From: a virus
Taxonomy: Duplodnaviria; Caudoviricetes
Direction: 5' to 3' (one strand)
DNA: 64,000 bases
Virus record (IMG/VR): IMGVR_UViG_3300008262_000055
Shown here: positions 47,558 through 58,300 of the stretch, one piece after another
Layout: the number at the start of each line of letters is the position of its first letter
Numbering within the stretch: the first letter of the stretch is position 1
Position numbers and translations under genes: made by a program
Notes under the pieces: generated by a model
Seen by the model: only the letters and a program-made list of their open reading frames with translations
Told to the model about the DNA's origin: nothing
The model's database searches: none

Positions 47558-48564
47558 AAGTCTCTGTAAATGTCCAACAATAATTTTTTGTCATAGGAAT
47601 CGCTTTCAATAGCATCAATCTGATTCATCACAATCGTATCAACTGATTCAAAATTAACGTCTATGGCCACTGCATTGCTTTCTACCTCTACTTTTTCAGG
47701 TATAAGCATAAGTTCTCTAAGATTATACTGAGGTATAAACTGTTCTTTGATAAAGTTAGCCTCTTCAAATGTAATAGGTAGATCTATAGTAACTCTACAG
47801 TGCATTTTTTCTTTAAGCAAAGAATCTGGACTATCTATAATTTGGCTTAACTTGTAGGTTCTAAACGTAGGCTGTCCGGGCCAAATACGATATTCTGGTT
47901 TTCCGCCCCACTCTAACATCATCATGCCGCGGTCGTCGTCTCCGGCATCGGCATAGTTGTGCGGAAAAGCATTACCAATGTAAGTGATATTCCTGCTAGT
48001 CTGACGCTTATGGAAGTGTCCAGAGAATACATATTCTTGATTTACAAAATGTGTGCTCTGTAATTGTCCATGATCGGGCATCTGTACCATAGCATTCATG
48101 TAGAAATTTGGAAGCTCAAGATGTCCAAAAATATAACGACTCTTGATCTTAGGAACCTTTTGCCATTCATCACCTACTAGCCACGGTAGAATAGTAACAT
48201 CGCCCTCAGTGAACGGATCTCTAATAGGTACTACATTAGGAAACAATCTCATAAACTCTATAGAGTTAATTTCACGTTTATCTTTATAAAATAAATCATG
48301 GTTTCCTAAAATAAAATATACTTTTTCAAAGTTTTGGCTTAGACGTTCTAGATTTGAAACGGTATAGTTCATGGTACTGACATCAGTGGTCGCACGATTG
48401 TGATGCCAGTCACCTAAAAATATAGCAGTTTCACACCCTTCATCTTTGGCAGTGTCGCAAAACCATTTGACAAACTCTTCACAATCGGCATTATGCGTTC
48501 GACTGCCTGATTTTAATCCAAAATGTATATCTGTAAAACACGCTGCTTTTTTGAATAGACTCAT
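47554..48564 (-). CDS. gp47: Recombination endonuclease nuclease subunit (gp47/Mre11/SbcD-like)
   Basis: TDIHFG, LGDWHH, GNHD, GHLE and SGHFH metallophosphoesterase motifs. Confidence 0.93.
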   Translation of the reverse strand: MSLFKKAACFTDIHFGLKSGSRTHNADCEEFVKWFCDTAKDEGCETAIFLGDWHHNRATTDVSTMNYTVSNLERLSQNFEKVYFILGNHDLFYKDKREINSIEFMRLFPNVVPIRDPFTEGDVTILPWLVGDEWQKVPKIKSRYIFGHLELPNFYMNAMVQMPDHGQLQSTHFVNQEYVFSGHFHKRQTSRNITYIGNAFPHNYADAGDDDRGMMMLEWGGKPEYRIWPGQPTFRTYKLSQIIDSPDSLLKEKMHCRVTIDLPITFEEANFIKEQFIPQYNLRELMLIPEKVEVESNAVAIDVNFESVDTIVMNQIDAIESDSYDKKLLLDIYRDL

Positions 48565-48570
48565 AAAGTT

Positions 48571-48599
48571 ATTATACTATTTTTGTTATAAAAGATCAA
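48571..48599 (-). promoter_or_regulatory. Sigma70-type promoter for gp47 (probably leaderless)
   Basis: Minus strand TTGATC-N17-TATAAT, then 6 nt to the ATG; no Shine-Dalgarno in between. Confidence 0.65.
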
Positions 48600-49450
48600 T
48601 CCCAATCACCGCCTTCGGTTGTAACTGGCCCAGGAGCAGCAACTCCGCCGCCACCGCCGCTGTTCTGTCTAGTCCATGAAGGATTCATACCATTCATTTC
48701 GAGAATGTCGTCTCGAATGTTTTGATTGCGTTTTTCAATGTTGATAATTCTAACGAATGAGTTAGTAACAGCAGCGGTATAATAAGCAAAAGGATTATTA
48801 GATTTACTTTCATCAAATTGTAGTCCTATCTGAGTTAGTTGAAGAATGGCTTGCCCTTTCATTTCGTCGTTATAGGTATAACCTCTAACGTTACCGCGGG
48901 TAGCATAGCGTTCACAGAGTTTGATAAACATGCGAGCTAGGTCATTGGTCATCTGACCGTGATCCTTACAGAACTCTCCAGAGTCAATGCCGCCCTTCCA
49001 ATGACTTTTTCCTACACATATAAGATTGTTATTCTCATCATATTTCCAGTGCTGAAATGGCGGAAAGTTGACCTTTTCATGACTGTCTGCTCTAGACTTA
49101 ACTGTCTTCTTACGCCCTGGTGCTAGAGGTATATGATCAAAGGTCATGATTCTAAACACAAGGTCGTGTTTGTTAATTTTTTTATAATCTATTTCTGAAT
49201 CTTTAGCAGATGCTTTTTTATTGGTCTGCTGTGCTATTTCGTGTGCTTTCTTGCTTTCTTTAGCAGCTCTGTTTCGTTTGGCCTCTGCAATAGTTCTCAC
49301 ATTTAGTTTGTCAAGATTGGGTACTATTAGATCATAATCTGAATATTCTGGGCTGGTATAAAAACAAAATGTATTTTTACTTCTGTGTATTTCTGCTAGT
49401 AAATCCTTGTTTGTTAAGTACTTTACTTTTGGTGGTTGTATTATTGTCAT
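48596..49450 (-). CDS. gp55: Late transcription sigma factor (gp55-like)
   Basis: YLTNKDLLAEI N-terminus and YTYNDEMKGQA...FDESKSNNPFAYYT...F gp55 motifs. Adjacent to gp47/gp46 as in T4. Confidence 0.85.
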   Translation of the reverse strand: MTIIQPPKVKYLTNKDLLAEIHRSKNTFCFYTSPEYSDYDLIVPNLDKLNVRTIAEAKRNRAAKESKKAHEIAQQTNKKASAKDSEIDYKKINKHDLVFRIMTFDHIPLAPGRKKTVKSRADSHEKVNFPPFQHWKYDENNNLICVGKSHWKGGIDSGEFCKDHGQMTNDLARMFIKLCERYATRGNVRGYTYNDEMKGQAILQLTQIGLQFDESKSNNPFAYYTAAVTNSFVRIINIEKRNQNIRDDILEMNGMNPSWTRQNSGGGGGVAAPGPVTTEGGDWD

Positions 49451-49495
49451 CTATTGATTCCTCTGGAAATATAATAATAGCACATTTTTAAGAAA

Positions 49496-49502
49496 ATAAA
49501 TA
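49496..49502 (+). promoter_or_regulatory. T4-type late promoter for baseplate operon
   Basis: ATAAATA 19 nt before ATG 49522. Confidence 0.65.
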
Positions 49503-49521
49503 GTCTAAAGGATACCAATTT

Positions 49522-50541
49522 ATGCCATTACCATTAAACACGGAAACTACTATTGGCGGAGTAGCAGTTGTTGTGAAGTCAGCCCCGGAAAGATCGTCAG
49601 GACCAAATAGAAGTGGTTCCAGCGATACTCCTCAGAATGCTGCCGATCAGGCGGTGAGTGCGTATGCCGCCCCGGGTGGTAGTAATAGTTATAACAATAG
49701 GCCTAAGGGACTGAATATTCCTGATTTCAGTGGCTTAGACAAAGCGTTGGGAACTCTAGGATCAATAGCTGCTTTAATATCGCTTGGAAAGTCTGCTTAT
49801 GAAAATGTCAAAGATCTAAAGTTTGATCTTGGTGCCTTATCGTATAAACGATTAACAACTACCTCGGTACCAACTTTAAACATGTGGACGGCTGGGGTTG
49901 ATCTCAACGACAAAGAACCAACTAGACGCAGTGTTACCGGCGATTCTCGTATACGGTTGAACACTGATTTTACTGTATTTAATGGCTTTTCAGAAAATCC
50001 ATATTTTAAACGGTTAATAGAAACCGGAGGTTTAATATTTCCCTATACTCCAAATATTTCTTTAACATACAAAGCTAATTATTCAAGCACTGAAGGAATT
50101 GTTCATTCAAATTTTCCTTTCCAAGCATACAAAAATAGTCAGATTGAAGATATAACTATACAAGGCGAATTTACTGTACAGAATGCTTCTGAAGGTCAAT
50201 ACTGGATGGCAGCAAATCATTTCCTGCGTTCAGCTACCAAAATGTTTTATGGTAAATCAGTCCCTGCCGGATTTCCGCCGGTTGTGTGTACGTTAACTGG
50301 CTACGGGCCAGAAATGTTGCCTTCTCTGCCAGTGGTAGTTAAATCTTTTCAGGTAGACCTTAAAGATAACGTACAGTATCTAACAGTTCCGTCATTGGTA
50401 CAGTCTGGAGCAAGCGGAAACAACAGTGTTCCAATGCACAGTACTATAACGGTTGTTGTTAGTCCTATGTACAATAGAGAACAAGTACGAAGAGAATTTA
50501 ATCTTGCTGAGTACTCAGCAGGTAGACTAACAGGATTTTAA
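49522..50541 (+). CDS. Baseplate tail-tube cap/initiator (gp48/gp54-like)
   Basis: GLIFPYTPNI, FLRSATKMFYG and PPVVCTL.GYG...VVVKSF tube-fold pattern; first gene of the baseplate operon. Confidence 0.55.
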   Translation: MPLPLNTETTIGGVAVVVKSAPERSSGPNRSGSSDTPQNAADQAVSAYAAPGGSNSYNNRPKGLNIPDFSGLDKALGTLGSIAALISLGKSAYENVKDLKFDLGALSYKRLTTTSVPTLNMWTAGVDLNDKEPTRRSVTGDSRIRLNTDFTVFNGFSENPYFKRLIETGGLIFPYTPNISLTYKANYSSTEGIVHSNFPFQAYKNSQIEDITIQGEFTVQNASEGQYWMAANHFLRSATKMFYGKSVPAGFPPVVCTLTGYGPEMLPSLPVVVKSFQVDLKDNVQYLTVPSLVQSGASGNNSVPMHSTITVVVSPMYNREQVRREFNLAEYSAGRLTGF

Positions 50542-50543
50542 TA

Positions 50544-50843
50544 ATGGCCACATATAAAAATACATCACCTTGGTTTAAGACTAGACAAAATTCTCTTTAC
50601 TTAGATATCTTAAAGATTAGACCAGTGCCATCTAGCGATACTGATTTTACCTATATCATAGATACAAAATATAAACATAGACCCGATCTATTAGCCTATG
50701 ATCTTTATGGAACACCTAAGCTGTGGTGGGTATTTGTACAAAGAAATATGTCTATTATTAAAGATCCTATATATGATTTTGAACCGGGATTAGAAATAAA
50801 AATACCTCAAAAAAATAATTTAATGAATTATTTAGGAATATAA
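50544..50843 (+). CDS. gp53: Baseplate wedge protein (gp53-like, LysM-type)
   Basis: RPDLLAYDLYG..KLWWVF...N...DP..DF..G..I.IP motif. Confidence 0.75.
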   Translation: MATYKNTSPWFKTRQNSLYLDILKIRPVPSSDTDFTYIIDTKYKHRPDLLAYDLYGTPKLWWVFVQRNMSIIKDPIYDFEPGLEIKIPQKNNLMNYLGI

Positions 50844-50844
50844 G

Positions 50845-53169
50845 ATGGCTAATCAAATAAATGCCGTAGTGGGGGGTACGTTGCCAGACCGGGCAATAGT
50901 TGACTTACGAAAAGAACTAGACAGCGGTAGTCCTGCTAAACAATTTGGCAATGTAGAAGATAATATTTTAAAATATTATACCAATGTTATTCCTGTTTTT
51001 ACCTTAGCACCATTGACACCAACAAATTTAGATTCTTTGCAATCTAACGGAACGTTTGGTACTGCTTTACAAAATGTAGTGCTATCTTCTGCCGGGCGGT
51101 ACGATGCCGAGCGGGTTGCTACTTTTTATGGTTCTCCTGAATATTTTATCAACAACGTTGAAATTTACACGTTTGCTACGCCAACAAAAATATCTGGCCT
51201 GTCTGGTAATCTTACTATAAATTTTGATGTTCATGAACCTTACAGTCTAGGCCTATTCATGCAGAGTTTACAGACTGCTGCTATTAAGTCTGGATATACA
51301 AATTATATAGAATGTGCTTGGTTATTAAGAATAGAATTTCTTGGATATACACCTAACACTTTTAAACAACAGATAATTCCAGGCACAACAAGAGATTATC
51401 CAATAAAATTACAACAAATACAGTTTACGTCTAACGAAGGTGGCAGCAAATATACTGTGAGATGTTTAGATTTTAATCTTGAAGCATTTAATAACGTATA
51501 TGGAAGTGTAGAAGGTAGTATAACAGTCGAAGGCGGCACCGTTGGAGAAGCTCTAGCAGATCTAACTAAGAAACTAAACGAAGCACAATTAAAATTAAAA
51601 GACAGTAAGTTGATAGTTAATGAAGACACATATAAAATTATAGTATCCGGAGCCGAACCAGATAAAATTTTAAAATCTAAATTTGTCAACGCAGACGGAC
51701 AACCTGCTGAGCGTGGATCAAACAGTACTACTGTTAAAAACGAATCTGCGGACAGGGATCAAAAACAAGGAGGAAAACGAAGTTTTCCTTTTCCTGCGTT
51801 AGAAGGTCGTCCTCGAAAAATTGAAGACATCATTAAAGAAATAATGAAAACTTCTGAGTACTGTGTTAACGCTTTAAAAAATATTCCAAAGGACGGTTAT
51901 GTTGTTTGGTATAGGCCTTCGGCAAAATTAAAATATAAAGGCCAAAAATTTCAGTTAGATACTGTGCAAAACAGACCAGCATACGACATAGAATATTATA
52001 TTAGGCCTTACAGAGCTCATCATTCAAATTGGAAACTGCCTTCAGACGAAACCAAAGGATTTGCCCCTGACGACATTCCTGCTCAAATTAAAAAGAAATA
52101 TGATTATCTGTACACTGGACAAAACGATGATATTATTCGCTGGGAACTAAAATTTGACAATACCTTTTATACTGCTATGTCAGCTCAAGGATATAATAGT
52201 CAACGAGGAGCTATAGACAGCGACGGAAAAACTATTAAACCCGAGGATGTAGGTGGAAACACACCTGGTACTAATATTAAAGGATTAACTTTAGAAACTC
52301 ATGCGGGAAAAATGTTAAGAGACAAAAGATCATCTTATGCTGCTCCACAAGGCGGCGGCACCAAAGATACGGCAGAAATAAGAGTAGCTAGAGCATTTGA
52401 ACAGGCTATGTTGTTAGATACAGAAATGATAATGTTAGATCTTACCATACTAGGTGACCCGTACTATCTAACTAAATCTGGAGTTTTTATAGACAATGTA
52501 GCACCAGTAGCACCAGGAGCTCAGGTCAACAGTGACGGAACGATGGCCAGCGAAGAAGTTGAAATTCGACTTTATCTAAGATTTAAGAGTCCTGTTGATG
52601 CTCCTCCTAAAGGAAGGTCGCTGTTCCTATTTCCAGCAGCTGGTTTTACGGACAGTCCTTACAGCGGCTTGTTTAGAATCAGAACAGTTAAAAGTAAATT
52701 TATTGACGGAGTTTTTACACAAGAATTAAATTTATTTAGAGATCGAGGACAACAGCCTGAAGAATTAATCAACCAGAAATCAGACCCATTCTTACAAAGT
52801 CCAGGACTATCACCTACTCCTGATCCTAATAGAGCTCAGCTAAACGGAACTCCGGCAGCAGCAGCAGTTGAACCTGCTATTGCAAGCACTCCGGAGGTAT
52901 CTGCCGCACCTGCGGCTGCCGCACCTGCGGCTGTCTCCAGTGATAAGTTTGATGTCCAGTCGAATTCACCAGTTGTTAAAGAATCAGCTACAGTGGAAGT
53001 ACAAACATTTCCAGTAACTACTTCTACAGTTGAAGTTACTCGTGAATGGCGAGCTACCGATAATCAACCTCCGCCTTTTCAAAAGGAAGGTAATGTTAAA
53101 ACTGGACCTCAGGGACAAAAACTAGAGTATAGTGAAGATTTAGAAAGACAGCTCAATAATGGCAATTAA
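50845..53169 (+). CDS. Baseplate hub protein (gp27-like, inferred from position)
   Basis: 774 aa between the gp53-like and spike genes. DLTILGDPYYL and YSGLFRIRTVKSKFIDGVFTQELNLFR are a hub-type C-terminus. Confidence 0.55.
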   Translation: MANQINAVVGGTLPDRAIVDLRKELDSGSPAKQFGNVEDNILKYYTNVIPVFTLAPLTPTNLDSLQSNGTFGTALQNVVLSSAGRYDAERVATFYGSPEYFINNVEIYTFATPTKISGLSGNLTINFDVHEPYSLGLFMQSLQTAAIKSGYTNYIECAWLLRIEFLGYTPNTFKQQIIPGTTRDYPIKLQQIQFTSNEGGSKYTVRCLDFNLEAFNNVYGSVEGSITVEGGTVGEALADLTKKLNEAQLKLKDSKLIVNEDTYKIIVSGAEPDKILKSKFVNADGQPAERGSNSTTVKNESADRDQKQGGKRSFPFPALEGRPRKIEDIIKEIMKTSEYCVNALKNIPKDGYVVWYRPSAKLKYKGQKFQLDTVQNRPAYDIEYYIRPYRAHHSNWKLPSDETKGFAPDDIPAQIKKKYDYLYTGQNDDIIRWELKFDNTFYTAMSAQGYNSQRGAIDSDGKTIKPEDVGGNTPGTNIKGLTLETHAGKMLRDKRSSYAAPQGGGTKDTAEIRVARAFEQAMLLDTEMIMLDLTILGDPYYLTKSGVFIDNVAPVAPGAQVNSDGTMASEEVEIRLYLRFKSPVDAPPKGRSLFLFPAAGFTDSPYSGLFRIRTVKSKFIDGVFTQELNLFRDRGQQPEELINQKSDPFLQSPGLSPTPDPNRAQLNGTPAAAAVEPAIASTPEVSAAPAAAAPAAVSSDKFDVQSNSPVVKESATVEVQTFPVTTSTVEVTREWRATDNQPPPFQKEGNVKTGPQGQKLEYSEDLERQLNNGN

Positions 53170-53183
53170 ATTAGGAAATAATA

Positions 53184-54821
53184 ATGGCACAGACGCATAG
53201 ATTAAATGAAGAGCGATATCAAGAACAGAGGTCGCTAGGAATCCGTTTAGCCAAAGTAGTTGCCCATAAAGATCCAAATTTTATGGGGAGATTAACAGTA
53301 ACTCTAATTACTACAGATTCTGATCCAATAGGCCTAGAAGGTCAAACAGTGGACGTATATTATTGTCCTCCATTTTTTGGCTCTACAAACTATGTGTTCA
53401 ATGGTTCTAATACTGGCAACGAAAACGCATTTAATGACACACAAAAATCCTATGGGATGAGTTTTATTCCGCCAGATATTGGAGTAACTGTATTATGTGT
53501 ATTTGAATCAGAAACCGGCAAGGGATTTTGGGTAGGATGTGTTCCTGATACCTATATGAACAATATGGTCCCTGCTATAGCTGCTTCATCAGCAGTCGAC
53601 TTATCACCCACTCAAAAAGAAGATTTTGGAAATATTCCGCTTCCTGTAGCAGAATATAATAGGGCAATACAAAGAAAAGAAGGCCCCGACGAAACTAAAA
53701 AACCAGTCCATCCTATAGCAGGATTTATGTTGGAACAGGGACTAATCGAGGATGATATACGCGGTAGAACTTCATCTACTATGCGAAGAAATCAAACACC
53801 ATCTGTGTTTGGTATATCAACACCAGGGCCCTTAGACAAACGTCCAGGTGCTAAAAGAATGCCCACTGGAACTTCAGATGATAAAACTAAACCAATACCA
53901 GTAAGCAGAGTAGGCGGCACACAATTTGTCATGGATGACGGCGATGACAGATTTGTAAGAAAAACGCCAGCAGCAGAAGGTCCTCCAGAATATGCCAATG
54001 TTCTTAAGGGAGAAAAAGGCGATGTTAGAATTCCCATCAGCGAATATTTTAGAGTAAGAACTAGAACAGGTCACCAGATACTATTACATAACTCTGAAGA
54101 TTTAATTTACATAGGAAATTCAAGAGGAACATCGTGGATTGAATTAACCAGTAACGGAAAAATTGATATCTTTGCGGCAGATTCTGTGAGTATACATACT
54201 CAAGGAGATTTTAATTTTAGAGCAGATAGAGATATTAATTTAGAAGCTGGACGTAATATTAATGTCCGTGCTGAAAAAAATTACACCCAAGATATTGAAA
54301 AAGATTTTTCATCGTATATTGGCGGTACCGTTAACAACTATGTTGGCGGAGAAATACAAAATGTGTTTGAGGGATCATTATTACAAACAGTAGGAGAAAG
54401 CCTAGAATTAACTGTTGGGTCTGATCAAAAAATTAAAGTTGCTGGTAACAGTCATCTAACAGCTGGTACAAGTATATTTTCAACAGCAGGAACAGACAGT
54501 CATTTTTTAAGCGGTAGTAAGCATGTACAATACGCCGAACGCATAGAAATTAAATGTGATCCAGCAACCCCTGCTCAATCTCCGATATTAGCGGAGCGTA
54601 TTGTAAAAGAGGAACGGATCAAACTTCATCCTAACGAAGTAGTTGATGCTTCGCAAAAATATGCTCAAACAAGATATCAATCATTTAATCTGGTACAAAG
54701 CATAATGAAACGTATGCCTATGCACGAGCCGTGGTACAAACATGAAAATGTAAATCCTCAAGAGAGTGCGTTAGAAAAGACTGATAGAGAAACTCGTCAA
54801 GCTCTTCCGCCCGCTACATAA
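53184..54821 (+). CDS. gp5: Central spike protein (gp5/VgrG OB-fold, no lysozyme domain seen)
   Basis: DP..MGRL.V, SYGMSF.PPD.G..VL.VF OB-fold motifs, RTRTGHQILLH and beta-helix repeats. Confidence 0.75.
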   Translation: MAQTHRLNEERYQEQRSLGIRLAKVVAHKDPNFMGRLTVTLITTDSDPIGLEGQTVDVYYCPPFFGSTNYVFNGSNTGNENAFNDTQKSYGMSFIPPDIGVTVLCVFESETGKGFWVGCVPDTYMNNMVPAIAASSAVDLSPTQKEDFGNIPLPVAEYNRAIQRKEGPDETKKPVHPIAGFMLEQGLIEDDIRGRTSSTMRRNQTPSVFGISTPGPLDKRPGAKRMPTGTSDDKTKPIPVSRVGGTQFVMDDGDDRFVRKTPAAEGPPEYANVLKGEKGDVRIPISEYFRVRTRTGHQILLHNSEDLIYIGNSRGTSWIELTSNGKIDIFAADSVSIHTQGDFNFRADRDINLEAGRNINVRAEKNYTQDIEKDFSSYIGGTVNNYVGGEIQNVFEGSLLQTVGESLELTVGSDQKIKVAGNSHLTAGTSIFSTAGTDSHFLSGSKHVQYAERIEIKCDPATPAQSPILAERIVKEERIKLHPNEVVDASQKYAQTRYQSFNLVQSIMKRMPMHEPWYKHENVNPQESALEKTDRETRQALPPAT

Positions 54822-54835
54822 AATAAGGAATAAAA

Positions 54836-55279
54836 ATGTCTAATAAAATTTATAATGTAAAAAAAGTTGATTCGATCAAAGCGTCAACTGGAAATGATAG
54901 GATCAGCGGAGGCATTGCTTACAAGGGATTTGGCAGCAGGGCTATTCGACAAAAATTTAAATTATATGATATAGATCTTGTCAAACAAGATATCATGAAC
55001 GCCTTTAATATTAAAAAAGGCGAAAAGATGGAAAACCCAGAATTTGGAACTATAATTTGGTCTATGATATATGAACCGATGAATGATAATAATATCAAGG
55101 TAATAGAGGATGATGTTATAAGAATACTTAAAGCAGATCCTAGAATTGAAGTTAAAAGTATAGCAGTTGTCCCTAATGAGCAAGGAATAAGAATTGAAGC
55201 TGATCTTAAGTATATAGAATTTGATATTACAGAAGAAATGTTTATTGCCTTTAATCGAACCGATATTCCAAGATTCTAA
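54836..55279 (+). CDS. gp25: Baseplate wedge subunit (gp25-like)
   Basis: DIDLVKQDIMN...KGEK..NPEFGT.IW..IYEP...DPRI motif. Confidence 0.85.
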   Translation: MSNKIYNVKKVDSIKASTGNDRISGGIAYKGFGSRAIRQKFKLYDIDLVKQDIMNAFNIKKGEKMENPEFGTIIWSMIYEPMNDNNIKVIEDDVIRILKADPRIEVKSIAVVPNEQGIRIEADLKYIEFDITEEMFIAFNRTDIPRF

Positions 55280-55305
55280 GATAATATGCGTATATTTTAA
55301 AAAAA

Positions 55306-55312
55306 ATAAATA
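55306..55312 (+). promoter_or_regulatory. T4-type late promoter for gp6-like gene
   Basis: ATAAATA 18 nt before ATG 55331. Confidence 0.6.
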
Positions 55313-55330
55313 TTACACAGGACACATTAG

Positions 55331-58300
55331 ATGACTACAACTACTAGACAAAATAACCTAATTTTAGCTGAAGACTGGACTAGAATTTATCAAACTTTCC
55401 GTAATGCGGATTTTCAAAGTTACGACTTTGAAAACCTTCGCAGGGTAATGATTAACTATATCAAAGAAAATTATCCAGAAGATTTCAACGATTTTATAGA
55501 AAGTTCCGAATACGTAGCATTAATAGATCTGATAGCTTTTCTAGGGCAGAGCCTAGCATTTAGGATTGACTTAAACAGCAGAGAAAATTTTATTGAATTA
55601 GCTGATAGAAAAGAAAGTGTATTACGTCTAGCTAGAATGCTGTCTTACAACGCCAAGAGGAACAAATCTGCGTCGGGGTTGTTAAAATTTGAATCTGTTT
55701 CAACAACAGAAGGGCTAGTTGATAGCAACGGAACAAATCTATCTAATCAAATTATTGTATGGAACGATCCAGCAAACTCTAATTGGTATGAGCAATTTAT
55801 ATCAATTTTAAATGCTGCTATGATACCAAACGTTGAGTTTGGAAAAGAACAATCAAATAAAATTATAGATGGAATTAGAACAGAGCAGTATAGACTCAAT
55901 TCTTTTAGTTCTGGACTGCCAATTTTTTCCTTCAGCAAATCTGTAGCTGGCAGATCTATAGGGTTTGAACTAGTTAGTACAGGACTAGCTGAGTTTAGAG
56001 ATTTTATATTTGAAGAAGCACCAGTTCCAAGTCGACAAGTAGGATTTGTTTATAGACAAGACGGCAAAGGTACAGCAAGTAATAATACTGGATTCTTCAT
56101 GATGTTTAAACAAGGAACATTAGAAAGTGCGGATTTCAGTATATCTCGCCCAACGCCAAATGAAATAGTTTCTATTACTACTCAAAATATTAATAATGAT
56201 GATGTGTGGTTATATTCTATTGATGGTTCAAGTAATATCACAAACGCTTGGACAGAAGTTTCATCAGTTGCTGGAAACAACATTGTTTTTAATAGTTTAA
56301 GTAATAATCAAAGAAATGTTTATTCAGTAATCACACAAGCTAACGATGCTGTAGATTTACAATTCTCAGACGGGGTGTATGGAAAATTACCTCAAGGAAC
56401 TTTTAGATTTTATTATAGAGTAAGCAACGGTCAAAGTTATGTTGTAAATCCTTCAGAAATGAAGGCAATTACTATATCAGTTCCTTACATTAATAAACGT
56501 GGAACTCAACACAGTCTATCAATAACTTTAAGTTTAGAATATACTGTTGACAACGCTTCATCATCGGAGACTATAGATTCTATTAGATCTAAAGCTCCGG
56601 CTTTGTACTACACTCAAAACAGGATGATTACCGGAGAAGATTATAATATCGCTCCATTGTCAAGCTCGCAGGAAGTAATAAAAGTCAAAGCCATTAATAG
56701 AACTAGCAGTGGCATTAGTAGAAATTTTGATATCATCGACGCTTCTGGAAAATATTCTAAAATAAACATTTTTGCCGATGACGGATTAATTTATAGAAAA
56801 GACGAAGAACGATATTATTCTTTCAAATATACTAATTCTGCTACAGTTTTAAATTTTATAAGAAATATAGTTCAACCAGCACTGAGCTCTTTTCAAACGT
56901 ATAATTTTTATCTTACAAATTTTGATAAAATTTTTACAGCTGACGTGAATGTCAAATGGATTAAATCTACTACAGAAGAAAACGCATCAACTGGATATTT
57001 TGGAAACGTATTTGATTCGTTTCCTATCAAAATTGGATCTTATACAAGCAGTAATTTAAAATATATAGAGCTAGGAAGTCTCATTAAATTTATTCCACCT
57101 TCGGCAGACAAAGCATTCTATAACGGAGAAATAGTTAACTATGATCCTTCAAATGCCAATCATAAAAAATTTATATGGACTAAAGTTGTTAAATTAATAG
57201 GCGACGGAACCAATGCTGGAAAGGGAAATCTAAGTTCGGGTAAAGGGCCTATAACCTATAGTGAAAATATTCCCACAGGATCTCTGCCTAGTCAAGTAGT
57301 AGCTAAATTTGTAACAACATTGCCAACAGATATTGAAAATGAAATTTTAAATCTAACATTTAGTTCTGAGACGTTTGGTTTAAGATACGATGTATTAGAT
57401 GGTATGTGGAAAGTAATAAGCTCTACAAACATCGATTTAGAAAATGATTTTAATTTAGGACAAGCTGGTAATACCAGCAACGAAGCTGTTGACACCTCGT
57501 GGATTGTGGCATTTGTTTATGACGGTGATGAATATAGAGTTAGAGTAAGAGGTACAGAATATATTTTTTCTAGCATTTTACAAAACAGATTTTATTTTGA
57601 TAGAGGCGAAAAAGTATACGACAGTCGTGCTAGAACCGTAATTAAAGATCAAGTTAAAGTATTGGCCATTAATACTTCGCCTTTAAGTTCTATATTAAGC
57701 AATACAGAAATAGCCAACGAAATAGTAAATTTAAGACAGGTAAATCCGTTATTTTCCGTAGCAGACGTATTAGCAATAGTGGACAGGCAGCAAACACTAA
57801 AAGATGATATATCTTTTGAGATAGCTGATTCTGTGAGGTTTCAAGACGGTTATAAGAGCTCCGATTCTGTTAAGATATCGTTCTATGATAGCGACAACGA
57901 CGGAGTTATAGACAATCCTGATTCATTTGATGAAATAGTAGGATCTAATATCAATAACAAATATGTGTTTTTCCAACAAGTGCAAGATGAGAATGGATTT
58001 GATGTCTTTAATTATATTCCAAATGTTAATAACAAGTTTATTATTGTAGACAAAGAAGTTAATGCTAACGTTAATGATTACGATCATAACCAATTAATTT
58101 ATTTTTATGATAGGGCTGAAAATTTAATTAAAAAAGTTGACCTTATAACTCGTTCTTTTGTCCTAGAACCTAGTTATGTAGGATATATCGGTAGAGATAA
58201 TTTAAAATTTCAATACATTCATAATGCCAGTGAAAATAGAAGAATTGACCCTAGTGTCAGTAATATTATTGACATATATCTTTTAACTAGGTCGTATGAT

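Noticed and set aside
52901-52933. 15-nt tandem repeat (ctgccgcacctgcgg x2)
   Set aside because: An ordinary slippage duplication in an Ala/Pro linker of the hub protein.
286-57495. Many 60-160 aa opposite-strand ORFs in the track (e.g. 15035..15316, 34153..34542, 42611..42964)
   Set aside because: These are antisense shadows of long genes, with low-complexity Val/Ser/Pro-rich translations and no RBS or promoter support.
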